This document shows, in pieces, positions 19,894 to 30,000 of a DNA stretch of 64,000 bases. The translations under genes and the position numbers were made by a program. Source of the stretch: Nitrospinales bacterium (GTDB taxonomy: Bacteria; Nitrospinota; Nitrospinia; Nitrospinales; VA-1); the NCBI GenBank assembly GCA_965223345.1, contig CBDCWG010000007.1, forward strand, positions 313,302-377,301, written 5' to 3'. How positions within the stretch are numbered: position 1 is the stretch's first letter; every line of letters begins with the position of its first letter. A model generated the notes under the pieces. That model was given only the letters and a program-made list of their open reading frames with translations. It was not told the origin of the DNA and made no database searches.

Positions 19894-21609
19894 ATGAACC
19901 CGCAATCACAGGAAGAACACCGGCAGATCCGTGAATCCTGGGGCTACCTCCCGCTTGAGGACTGGTGCTGCGTGCGCGCTGCGGGCGCCGACGTGTTCGA
20001 GTTCCTGCAGACCCAGACGACCAACGATGTGCACCGTCTCAAGGTCGGCGAGGGACAAAACAGCGCTATCACCGACCGCAAGGCCAGGCTGATCGCGCCA
20101 TTCTCGCTGCACCGGGACGGGGAAGAATCGGTGGTGTTCTTCCTGGAATCCTGCCTCAAAGGCGCTCTGACCGCGCATCTGGAAAGCTACCTGTTCCGGG
20201 AAAAGGTGACGATCGAGCCGCTGGAGCACAAGCTCATCGCGGTGCAGGGGCCGAAAAGCGCCCTGGCGTTGCGTGCGGCCCTCGGCGGGGAGCCGGCGCT
20301 GCCGGACAAACCCAACAGCATCGCGTCGCTGACGTTTGAAGACGAAGCGATCCCTGTGATCCACAAGTCGCTGACCGGCGAAGAAGGCTTCATTCTGCTC
20401 GTCATGCCCGAACGGGCGGAGTCGCTGCTGAACGCGCTCCGCAACGCGGATGGCGCCCCTGCCGCTCCGCTCTCCCGGGAAACGCTGGAGGTGCTGCGCA
20501 TCGAGGCGGGCATCCCGCTGTTCGGCAAGGACATGGACAACAGCAACGTGTTTCCGGAGACGGGTCTGGAACACAGCTCGGTGAGCTACAACAAGGGCTG
20601 CTACATCGGCCAGGAGGTGATCGCCCGCATCAAGACCTACGGCGCGCCCAATTTCGCGCTGATGGGTCTGCTGCTGCCGGAGGGTCCCCTGCCCCCGCCG
20701 GACACGCCGGTGAAACTCAAGGACAAAAAAATCGGCACGATCAAAAGCGCGATCTTTTCCCCGTCGCTCGGGAAAAACATCGCCCTGGCCTACATGCAGA
20801 AAGACCACCGCAGCCCGGACACTACGCTTTCGGTGACGCTGAGGGACACGGAGGCCGAGGTGACGACGCACCTGTTGCCCTTCTACCAGCCGCAGACGCG
20901 CACGGATCACTCCAAGCGGCTGTTGCAGCAGGCTCTGGCGATCTACAAGGAAGAAGAGGACCTGGAACGGCCGATCGCCCTGCTCCGGGAGGCCATCGCC
21001 ATCGATCCCAAGCACGCACAGGCTTACGAAGCGCTGGGCGTGTTTCTGTCCAAGCAGGACAAGCTGGACGAGGCCATCGCGCTGATGAAGCGGCTGGTGG
21101 AGATCGACCCGAAGGAGATCATGGCGCATTCCAACCTTTCCATCTACTACATGAAGCAGGGACGCATCGAAGAAGCGGAGATGGAAAAGGGCGAGGCCAC
21201 GGCCATCGAGTTCGAGCGGCTGGTCGAACAAAACATGGCGAAAAAGAAAAAGCAGCAGCAGGACGCCGAGGCGCAGAAAGAACGGGAGCGCAAGGTCGAG
21301 ATGTTCAAGAAGGTGCTGGAAATCGACCCGGTGGACCCGGTGGCCAATTTCGGGCTGGGCTCGATCTACCTGGAGACCGGCCGCTCGGAGGAGGCGCTGG
21401 CGCCGCTTGAGACCGTGATCCGGGAAAACAAGGATTACTCCGCCGCCTACCTGCTGTTGGGAAAGAATCTGGAAAAGCTGGACCGGCTGGACGACGCCAT
21501 CGAGATCTACCGCCAGGGCATCGCCGCCGCCTCCAAGAAAGGCGACCTCATGCCTTTAAAGGACATGCAGAACCGGCTCAACCGGCTTCTGCACCCGCAG
21601 GAACCCTGA
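19894..21609 (+). CDS. YgfZ/GcvT-family folate-binding protein fused to C-terminal TPRs
   Basis: FLQTQTTND, LRIEAGIP, KGCYIGQE YgfZ signature; TPR helices after about residue 335. Confidence 0.9.
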   Translation: MNPQSQEEHRQIRESWGYLPLEDWCCVRAAGADVFEFLQTQTTNDVHRLKVGEGQNSAITDRKARLIAPFSLHRDGEESVVFFLESCLKGALTAHLESYLFREKVTIEPLEHKLIAVQGPKSALALRAALGGEPALPDKPNSIASLTFEDEAIPVIHKSLTGEEGFILLVMPERAESLLNALRNADGAPAAPLSRETLEVLRIEAGIPLFGKDMDNSNVFPETGLEHSSVSYNKGCYIGQEVIARIKTYGAPNFALMGLLLPEGPLPPPDTPVKLKDKKIGTIKSAIFSPSLGKNIALAYMQKDHRSPDTTLSVTLRDTEAEVTTHLLPFYQPQTRTDHSKRLLQQALAIYKEEEDLERPIALLREAIAIDPKHAQAYEALGVFLSKQDKLDEAIALMKRLVEIDPKEIMAHSNLSIYYMKQGRIEEAEMEKGEATAIEFERLVEQNMAKKKKQQQDAEAQKERERKVEMFKKVLEIDPVDPVANFGLGSIYLETGRSEEALAPLETVIRENKDYSAAYLLLGKNLEKLDRLDDAIEIYRQGIAAASKKGDLMPLKDMQNRLNRLLHPQEP

Positions 21610-21655
21610 CCCCCCGCTCTCCCGCACTCAAAGCCCGTTCAGGCGAAACTCCCGC

Positions 21656-23350
21656 TCAGGGCCGGCACTGCTGGCCGGGATTCTTCAGGAACGCCCACAG
21701 ATCGGCTCCGGGCATCAGCACGCCTTTTTTGATCACGCCCTGATTGACGGAAACGCCGTGGTCCATGAGGAACCAGAACTTGAGCAGGATTTTTTCCTCG
21801 GGCGTGGTGTGCGGGTCCTCCCAGTTGGGCACCGAGCGGTGCGCAGCGTGCGCGTCGTACAGCTCCTGGGGAATCTGCAGGCGTTTCTTTTTGATGAAGG
21901 TTTGGTAGCCCTCGGTGAGGATGGGCTTGAAGTCCTTGCGGCTGATCTTGATCAGCTCGGACACGCTGGGCACGCTTTCGGCGTGGAATTCAAAAAACTT
22001 CAGCTTGTAGTACTGATGGATGGTCTCGAGCCGGAAGTAGCAATGCAGGTTGACGACGTTCTCGCCGTACAGGCGGATCAGGTAGCTGCGTATGAGGGGT
22101 TTGCCCACTTTGAGCAGCAGCTTGTTCAGGCGGCCGCGCTCGAACAGGTGAATCCGCACGGTGCTCAGGTGCTTGAGGCACTGGGCCTCGATGTCTTTGC
22201 GGATGCGCTCGGACTGGGCGGGGATGCGGTACCAGTAGATCTCCTCGCGCGCCACTGTCAGGGCGGAATTAAACGCTTCGTAGACCTGCTGGTTGTTGGA
22301 CCGCTTGGCCTGGCGGGCGATCTTGTAGGAGCTCTCCCTGGAGAACCCCAGCTCTATGAGTTGATCCTGGAACTCTTTGCGGCTTCCCATGAGGTAGCCG
22401 CCGCGCTCCTTTATGTGGTCCTTGGCTTTCTGCACGCCCCGGAGCGCGAGGCTGACATCGCGCGGGATCAGTTTCAAATCGAAGCTTTTGGCGAAGCGGT
22501 GGATCTCCTCGAGGGTCTTGTAATTGAGCTTGTCGATGTAGAGAAATTTCTGGATGCTCTGTTCGGAGAAGCCGCAGTCCTCAAATATCCTGATCTTCTT
22601 GTATTTGACTTCCTCCCAGTACTTGCGCGTCCCCTCTTTCTTCTTGAACTGGGCCTGGATTTCCGATTTGGCTTTGAAGAAGTAGCTGCGCAGCAGGTAC
22701 CATTTGATTTTCAGGGTGGATTCGATGATCCAGCGGTACTTGGGGGTGAGGATGGTGAGCTTCGGGTCCTCGAGCAGCTCCATCTCTTCGGTCTGCAGGA
22801 TGTATTCGAGCAGCTCCAGATGCCGTTCCAGCAGGATCGGGTTGATCTGCTCGATGAATTTGCGGTAGAGGGTTTTCCAGCGGAAAACGTCGAACTCGGT
22901 GTCGGCGCCGGTGTCCGAAGCGCGGATCCGGTTTTTGATCCTTTCAACGCCGACTTTCTCGATGCGCTCGAACAACTCGTCCCGGGCGACGATATCGCGG
23001 ATTTTCAACTGTTTCAACCGGCTGATGACGTCGGGGATGCGTTCGGCCAGGGTCCGGTCGATTTCCTGGTAGGTGTGGATGGGAAGGAAATACAGCTCTT
23101 CCAGCAGCTGATTGACGTTTTCCAGAGACACGTCCGTCTTTTTCGCCAGCTTGCGGTATTCCTCGAAATCGAGGGTTTTGTCGCCGGTCTGGCAGGCGCG
23201 GATGTCCTTCAAAAAGCTGCGGGCTTTCTTGAGCTCCTCCCGTTGGGCGTAGGGGTCGTTGATGATCCTCAGAAACAGATATTCCGCCCTCTGCAGATCC
23301 CGCTGAGCAAGGAGTTCCAGTCCCTGCGTCATGGGGTCGAATACGAACAT
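21656..23350 (-). CDS. Hypothetical protein (basic, mostly helical, about 564 aa)
   Basis: Long ORF with host codon usage; GGAGG RBS before the ATG at 23350; no recognised motif. Confidence 0.8.
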   Translation of the reverse strand: MFVFDPMTQGLELLAQRDLQRAEYLFLRIINDPYAQREELKKARSFLKDIRACQTGDKTLDFEEYRKLAKKTDVSLENVNQLLEELYFLPIHTYQEIDRTLAERIPDVISRLKQLKIRDIVARDELFERIEKVGVERIKNRIRASDTGADTEFDVFRWKTLYRKFIEQINPILLERHLELLEYILQTEEMELLEDPKLTILTPKYRWIIESTLKIKWYLLRSYFFKAKSEIQAQFKKKEGTRKYWEEVKYKKIRIFEDCGFSEQSIQKFLYIDKLNYKTLEEIHRFAKSFDLKLIPRDVSLALRGVQKAKDHIKERGGYLMGSRKEFQDQLIELGFSRESSYKIARQAKRSNNQQVYEAFNSALTVAREEIYWYRIPAQSERIRKDIEAQCLKHLSTVRIHLFERGRLNKLLLKVGKPLIRSYLIRLYGENVVNLHCYFRLETIHQYYKLKFFEFHAESVPSVSELIKISRKDFKPILTEGYQTFIKKKRLQIPQELYDAHAAHRSVPNWEDPHTTPEEKILLKFWFLMDHGVSVNQGVIKKGVLMPGADLWAFLKNPGQQCRP

Positions 23351-23610
23351 AATTTCCTCCCGCATCGAATCCGGGATGGTTCCGATCAGGTCTGGATCAA
23401 AGATTCATCTCCCGGCCGGCACACCGGCTGGCGCATGTAATTTACTGATATTCGAGCAGGAACTTGAAACCGAGGGATGCAGAGTTATCAATAAATTAAC
23501 ATTCGTGATGATTTAGATGCGGTTTTTTTGGGCCAGGATTTTATTTAAAGCGAGAAAAATCACAATTTTTTTGCGGGGTCCAGGGAGGGAGATATCGCTG
23601 CGGAAAACAC

Positions 23611-23655
23611 AAAAAAAACGGGACGGCCTGACAAGCAGACCGCCCCGTCTTTTTT
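23611..23655 (-). terminator. Terminator of the nxr cluster
   Basis: ACGGGGCGGTCTG/CAGGCCGTCCCGT hairpin with T8 on the minus strand and a T-run on the plus strand. Confidence 0.8.
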
Positions 23656-23680
23656 AAAACTCGATCGGTAGAAAGAGAGC

Positions 23681-24685
23681 TCAGTACTTCAGCTCATGCC
23701 ACTGGGTGACGCCTTTCTGACCGTTTCTTTCTTTGTTCTGACCATTCCAAATTGCGAATGCGATCGGGGTTTTCCCGCTCGCAAACTGCGTGTCGTTCTG
23801 GTCATTGGTTTTGAGCGCGCGTTTGAAAACGACGGCCCAACGGTTGTTGCTCCAGTTGCCTTCGCCCATGACGTCCTGATTCGCCTGAGTGGTCAGCGTG
23901 CTGAACCCTTCTGCGTTCAGGTCTTCAACGGGAGACACCCGCATGGAAGCATCGGAGAGGATGTTACCGGTAGCACGACCGGAATTGAACACGCCCTCGT
24001 TTTTACCCATGCCGTAGTCGACGAAGGAATTCCGCTTGGAGATGTCGCCGGTGCCCGCAGTTTCGATGCCCGCTGCGTTCCGCTTGGATTTGCTGCCGGA
24101 AGCATGCTGGGTGTCGAGGCCTTTGAGCTTGCCGCCAGGCTCGTACATGTAGTAACTGCCAGAACCCATGGCCATGTACTTGTACTGATCTTCCATATCC
24201 AGCATCGCGTTGTTGCCGGCTTTTCCAGCGCCCTCTTTGTTCCAGGTCGCTTTCCACTGCCAGATGTTGACGCGCTCGCCGTCTCCACCCATGGTGAAGG
24301 GAGGCTCTTCGCCGGTCTGGTTCACAGGAAACATAACCGCACCCTGGTCCTTATACTGCTGGGACTGGACCATGATGTCGTTTCTTGTGGGATCGGTCCA
24401 GGAAACCCGGATTGCGATTTCCTTGCCGTTGTTGGCGGCTTTCACGTTGACCCATTTGGTCGAAGGGTTCGGCCACATCGGGTTGGTGATCATCTGAGGA
24501 TCCAGATCGATAACCGTATGTTTTCCCTTGGTGGGACCGTAGTTGGACCAGAATGGATCGGTGGGGTCAATGGGAATCTCCCCCTGAACTTTCAATGCCT
24601 GGATCGTGGCCGCACCCGCAGAGGACGCAAACAGACCGAGCATGAAAGCTGAAATGAGAATGAGCAAATACGTCTTCCTATTCAC
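23681..24685 (-). CDS. nxrC: Nitrite oxidoreductase gamma subunit candidate (EbdC-like heme b domain)
   Basis: Sec signal; WTDPT, DQGAVMFP, FTMG, VNIWQWKA, AFAIWNGQNKERNGQK; follows nxrAB. Confidence 0.85.
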   Translation of the reverse strand: MNRKTYLLILISAFMLGLFASSAGAATIQALKVQGEIPIDPTDPFWSNYGPTKGKHTVIDLDPQMITNPMWPNPSTKWVNVKAANNGKEIAIRVSWTDPTRNDIMVQSQQYKDQGAVMFPVNQTGEEPPFTMGGDGERVNIWQWKATWNKEGAGKAGNNAMLDMEDQYKYMAMGSGSYYMYEPGGKLKGLDTQHASGSKSKRNAAGIETAGTGDISKRNSFVDYGMGKNEGVFNSGRATGNILSDASMRVSPVEDLNAEGFSTLTTQANQDVMGEGNWSNNRWAVVFKRALKTNDQNDTQFASGKTPIAFAIWNGQNKERNGQKGVTQWHELKY

Positions 24686-24743
24686 AGTAATCTCTCCTCG
24701 TTAGCAAACAGATTAATATCCAAAACACTCGAGGAAAAGCCCG

Positions 24744-25562
24744 CTAGCGGGGTTCGCATTCCGCAGGAGCATTTGCGATCAGATCGTTTTCCATACTGTA
24801 GGACAGGGACCGAAATTCCGGCTCCTCCACCTTGACCGGCTGGATGTCCAGAAGCGTCGATTCGTTTCTGAGAAAAATCGACAGGATATCGACGATGTCC
24901 TTGTACAGTCCACGCTCCGCCTTGCGGGATGTGAAGATGCAAAACAAAGGAGCCCAGCGCCCCAAATGATTGCGCATGAATTTCTTCATGCTGCTGAGCA
25001 GAACTCCGATCTTTCGCTCATCATGACCGTTCTGGATTCCATATGCGGTCCTGAAGCACATGTAATACATAAAGGCCAGTTCTATCGAAATATGGTCCAG
25101 TCTCTCTTTAGACCGTTTCCTCGGCAATTCGAAACCGAATGTTTCAAAAAACCCGCCCAGCTGGATCAAAACGTCCGTCTGGGACTGGATACCGCCTTCT
25201 GTTCCGTACTGCATTTCGTATGGAGGACACTCCATCGAAACCGCATGCCCGAATACATGGATGTATTCCTTCTGCACCTGGTGAACGGTCATCTTTGGCA
25301 GGTATTTGCTGAATCCGTTCACGATGGATTCAACCTGCTTCCAGTCGTCCTCGTCCACAAGGGCGATGTCCATGGGTTCGAGCAAGGATTTAGGGCGGAA
25401 AAACTTCCGGTTCCAGGGATAACTCAAGGCACGCGAAAGGATGTCGTAAACCCTGCCTCGGGCGAGGTTCAACGAAATTCTCTGTCCTTTCAATTCTTCC
25501 AGTGTGCCTGTTTCCCCAAGTTTTGCCAACATGGGATCCGATGCTTGAGTCACATTCGCCAT
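24744..25562 (-). CDS. TorD/NarJ/DmsD-family molybdoenzyme chaperone
   Basis: CPPYEMQY, ERLDHISIELAFM, FMRNHLGRW; GGAG RBS before the ATG at 25562; alternative GTG at 25688. Confidence 0.88.
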   Translation of the reverse strand: MANVTQASDPMLAKLGETGTLEELKGQRISLNLARGRVYDILSRALSYPWNRKFFRPKSLLEPMDIALVDEDDWKQVESIVNGFSKYLPKMTVHQVQKEYIHVFGHAVSMECPPYEMQYGTEGGIQSQTDVLIQLGGFFETFGFELPRKRSKERLDHISIELAFMYYMCFRTAYGIQNGHDERKIGVLLSSMKKFMRNHLGRWAPLFCIFTSRKAERGLYKDIVDILSIFLRNESTLLDIQPVKVEEPEFRSLSYSMENDLIANAPAECEPR

Positions 25563-25602
25563 ATTCAATAATCTCCAAAATCCCCCGAAGGTTACCAGCA
25601 TC

Positions 25603-25632
25603 CCGGAACAGGGAGCGAACTCCCTGTTCCGG
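25603..25632 (-). other. Strong intercistronic hairpin after nxrB
   Basis: Perfect 13-bp stem CCGGAACAGGGAG with a UUCG loop on the mRNA and no U-tract. Confidence 0.7.
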
Positions 25633-25696
25633 TATTGCCGGATGAGCTCTTGCTTCAAGCGACGCCCGATTTGGGCTTTCGCCTTCACTTCACTCC

Positions 25697-26974
25697 TTAG
25701 ATGGCGCCTGGATGCTCCTCGGGCCGTACGTAGAAAGGCTCTTCAACCGTAACACGGATGACTTCTTTACCTTTCCGGTTGAACCCGATGATCGTATCGT
25801 TATACATCTCAAACTTCTTGCCGTGAATGTTGGTCTCGAAGATCTTCGGACCGGGCTCACGTTTCCATTTGAAGATGATGCGCTGTGTCGTCCTAAAGAG
25901 CTGAAGGACTCCCAACAGATCCCGGTCGGGCACCATGTACTGATCGATCGCGTGATCGACGCCCGGTCCGAACATCTGCTGTGAATAGGCTCTGGGTACG
26001 TGGCGCGACGGTACGTAGTAACCGTTCGGCTCGGTGCCCAGCTGCGGGTACAGCGGCAGAGCGACTTTGCGGTCCCGAATCAGGTAATACTGCGGATTCT
26101 CGGGATCGTGCGCCCATTCGCCGTTGCTGCCTATCTTCACAAGACCCTGAAGGCGAATCTTACCGACGCAGGCGGCCATACAACGGGTCTCCATCTGATC
26201 GCCTTCCGTCAGCGGATCCAGTCCTTCGATCCTCGGGTAGCAGGCGATACATTTTTCAGAGATCCGGGTGGTTCCGCGGAACATCGGCTTTTTGTAGGGA
26301 CATTGCTCAACGCACTTTTTGTAACCGCGGCAGCGAGACTGGTCGATCAGAACGATGCCGTCCTCCTGGCGCTTGTAGATCGCCTTGCGAGGACACGCCG
26401 CCAGACAACCCGGATACGTGCAGTGGTTGCAAATGCGCTGTACATAGAAGAACCAGATTTTGTGCTCGGGCAGCACCGAACGCGTTCCGTTGTCGCCGCC
26501 GAAGGTTCCTTCGCGGGACTGCGTGAACTCGCGGCCGTGAGCGGTGTCTTCACCGAAGTTCGGGAAGCGCCACTCTTCGTCCGTCGGTACGTAACCGATC
26601 GCTTGCTGGTTCAGACCGATCTTGGCAGGCGCTTCGAAAATCGTCACGCCTTCGTATACGCCGTGGATCGCTTTGTTGGAAGTCTTACGAACGTTCCACA
26701 CGTTCTGACCCGGATTGGACTGCTCAAGCATCTTGAGGATTTTCCAATCCCAGAACTGCGGGTAGCCGCCGTAAGGTTTCGTTTCAACGTTGTTCCACCA
26801 CATATACTCCTGGCCCTTGGAGAAGGTCCAGGTGGATTTATGGGCCATCGTACACGTCTGACAAGCGATGCAGCGGTTCGTATTGAATACGAACGTAAAC
26901 TGCTCTTTCGGATGCTTCTCTTCGTATACGTAAGTAGCCATCCGGCCCAGTTGCCAGTTATAGACTTCAGGCAT
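25697..26974 (-). CDS. nxrB: Nitrite oxidoreductase beta subunit (Fe-S)
   Basis: MPEVYNWQLGR, CIACQTC, WWNNVETKP, CNHCTYPGC, CPYKK, CIACYPR. Confidence 0.96.
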   Translation of the reverse strand: MPEVYNWQLGRMATYVYEEKHPKEQFTFVFNTNRCIACQTCTMAHKSTWTFSKGQEYMWWNNVETKPYGGYPQFWDWKILKMLEQSNPGQNVWNVRKTSNKAIHGVYEGVTIFEAPAKIGLNQQAIGYVPTDEEWRFPNFGEDTAHGREFTQSREGTFGGDNGTRSVLPEHKIWFFYVQRICNHCTYPGCLAACPRKAIYKRQEDGIVLIDQSRCRGYKKCVEQCPYKKPMFRGTTRISEKCIACYPRIEGLDPLTEGDQMETRCMAACVGKIRLQGLVKIGSNGEWAHDPENPQYYLIRDRKVALPLYPQLGTEPNGYYVPSRHVPRAYSQQMFGPGVDHAIDQYMVPDRDLLGVLQLFRTTQRIIFKWKREPGPKIFETNIHGKKFEMYNDTIIGFNRKGKEVIRVTVEEPFYVRPEEHPGAI

Positions 26975-27061
26975 TATCGTACCTCCTTAGCTTACTGTTT
27001 GTTCAGTTCCGTTAAATTACCGGATGCGGCGGGCCCCAAAAGAGGCCCGCACACACCAGAT

Positions 27062-30000
27062 TTAAATCTTCACGCGGACGTACTGACCTGCAAGGTACAT
27101 TTCCGCGAAACGGTCTTTCAACGGTGACTCCGGAGTGTAACCCGTACGTACGGGCTCCCAGAGTCCTTTACCATGGAGACCACCATCCTCGGCCTTGGCA
27201 AACTTAACCAGCGTCTCTTTCGGAACTGCGTTGATCGCGTGGTTGTCGGCTTCGTAACCGTGGAGGAACTTCATTTTGGTTTTTGCCTTATGGAACAGAC
27301 TGTCCGTCTGATGCATGGGCATCAACCAGGAACGCGTGATGGACTGCTGACCGCCGTACCGGAAGTTGGACTGATACGGAGTGGTCATGGACATGGCGCG
27401 GCCGTCGGGGCGTTCTTCATGTGCCTTAACGGTACGCTCCGTGCCGATCCACGTTGCGTGCTTCATCATGGTGGTATGGTACGGATACGCCGGGTTGTAC
27501 TTAGCCCGCAGCATGAGCCGTGCCACTTTGTACCTCGGATCGGACGGTTTCCAACCCATGTACGGTCGATCGGCGGGATTCGCGTCACAATATACATAGT
27601 CACCGTCGTTGATACCCAGGTCTTTACACAGGAACGGGTTCATATGAACCTGCCACTCACCAACACCCGGAGACCGTTTATCCATTCGATAAGGATCGCC
27701 GAAGTTGTTGTTCCAGATCATATTCCAGTCCGTGGTGGCCCAGGAAGAATGCGCGGTATGTCTGGATTTCGGAGTGACGCAGTAGAACCGATACCCCTTC
27801 TCCCACAAGAAGTTCTTGGTCGTACGCACTGCCGACCAGGGCTTCTTGATGTTGCGGACGTGGCGCAGATCCGGATCCTGCTCGTCTTCCGGAACACCGT
27901 AATCATCCGGGCGGATGTAGGGGTTCGTGGATACGATCACGTTCGGCAGATAAGGCGTGGCTTCAGGTCCTTCACGATGGACGATGAAGTTTTCGCCCCA
28001 CTCGATCGCTTCCGGCTCGTCATTGTAGAACTGGATACGACCGTTCGGAGTGTAGAAAGGTTTCGACTCCGTGAACATCTCCCAGAACGGAGACCGCGGA
28101 TAGGTTCTGTACAGCATCAGACAACATCCGGGCTCACCATACTTGCCGTTGATGATGTCGTCGATGTTGTAACCCATACCCGTGGTGGAGGTTGTGAACA
28201 CACGCCTGATCATGGCTTTGGTGCGGTTGGGCGCTTCGCCTTCATAGACCTTCATATGATCGGCAAAACGTTTGTCACCGGTCACTTCCGCCAACCGCTT
28301 GGAGAACTCGCGGTGGATCAGGTTGTCGTCGATGGTGTCGAAAATCGGCTTGATGCCGGTTCCGCCCCAGATCTGATGGAACGGGTTCGAACACGCGGAC
28401 GTGATCTCGTAAGACTCGAATTCCGCCCAGGAGTTCGGCGCCAAAACGATGTCCGAGTACTCGCAGGATCCGGTGAACTCGATGTCCTGAGCCACGATCA
28501 TATCGACGTTGTTATTGGTGTTGAACACCAACTCATAGAACCACTTCGCGTTGTTGATGACGTTAACGTTAACGTACCAAACCAGCTTGGTGGGCGTCGG
28601 CATATGGGTACGGCCGGTGAACACTTTGCGTCCATACCGCGGGGTATTGACGACGAGTGCTTTATCACGGTGCGCCCAGTATCCGACTTCTTCACCCTTC
28701 AGGTAACCCTTCACGTTTTTCCAGTCGATGTTCTTGGCCGGATCGAGAACGGTGTTGAAGGGATCTTCCGCGACCATCGCGGCAAAACCAGGCCCTGACC
28801 AGTGCGAACCCTGGTAGTTGCCGGCTTTGTAGTTACCCGCCCAGGTGTGAGATCCAGAACCTTTCGGGCCTACGTTACCGGTCAGCATCAGGGGCACATA
28901 GGAAGCCCTGTTGTGCATCGTGGCGTGGAAGTAATGGTTGATGCCTTCCCCGTAGTGGATCTCAACCGGCTTGATGGTGCCGATGTCGCGAGATAGGCGA
29001 AGCACGAGATCTTTCGGGGCGTGACTGATCTGATAAACGGTATCCAGATCGTAGTCTTTCAGATGAACCTTATACATCTCATACAGAGGCATGACGGTGA
29101 TGGTCTTGCCGCTGACGAGCTTGATGTCATAAACACCGTCCAGTGCCGGATCGATGTTTTTCTTTCTCATCTTCGCGCCGATGTCTTCGCGGTTGATCGC
29201 AACCGGTTTGTCCGAGTTGGTATCCCACACGACGAAATCGGGCATTTTGTCACGGTTGAAGTTAGCCATCCACTTCGTGGTCGATCCATCTTTCGGCAGG
29301 GCCTGAGCCTTGTAGCCGGGGATGAAATCGTCCGGATGCAGACGGATCAGCGTGTCCGTGCGCACCAGAAGCGGCATGTCGGTGTACTCTTTCACGTAGT
29401 CCACATCGACGAGGCCTTCTTCCATGATGATCTTCGCGCAGCCCAGGAAGATGGAAATATCCGACAGGCCTGCACGTACGGGAACCCAGTAGTCCGCCTT
29501 GGTGGCCGGCGGGTTGTACTCCGGAGCGATGGCAACGAGCGTACCGCCACGTTCCATGATCTCGGTGTACCAGTGGGCTTCCGGCATTTTGTTCTCGATC
29601 AGGTTCTTACCCCACTGAATGGTCATCTTCGCATAACGATGGTCCGCGAAGTCGATATCAGAGGTCTGCATTCCGTGTGTCCAGGAATGTCCAGGAGCCT
29701 GATCGCCGTGCCAGGTGTAGTTCGACCATGCGCGGCCGCCCAATACCTGTCCCGGTCCCCGGCCTCGAATGATCGAGTCCAGAAGCGCCACCTGGTTGCC
29801 CAGGCGGTAGATGCCGTATTTACCGATAACGCCGAGAAGTCCCATACCACCGCGATACTTGAAAGTACGCGGGCCGGAACCGCCCATCGCTTCGATCATT
29901 TCAGGCTGGTAACCTTCGTTCTTCAGGCGCTGAGCACCGCGGGCGCCGCTGTATGCCTTCGCAACGGCCACGTGGCCTTTCGCCAGATAGGTGAAGGTCT

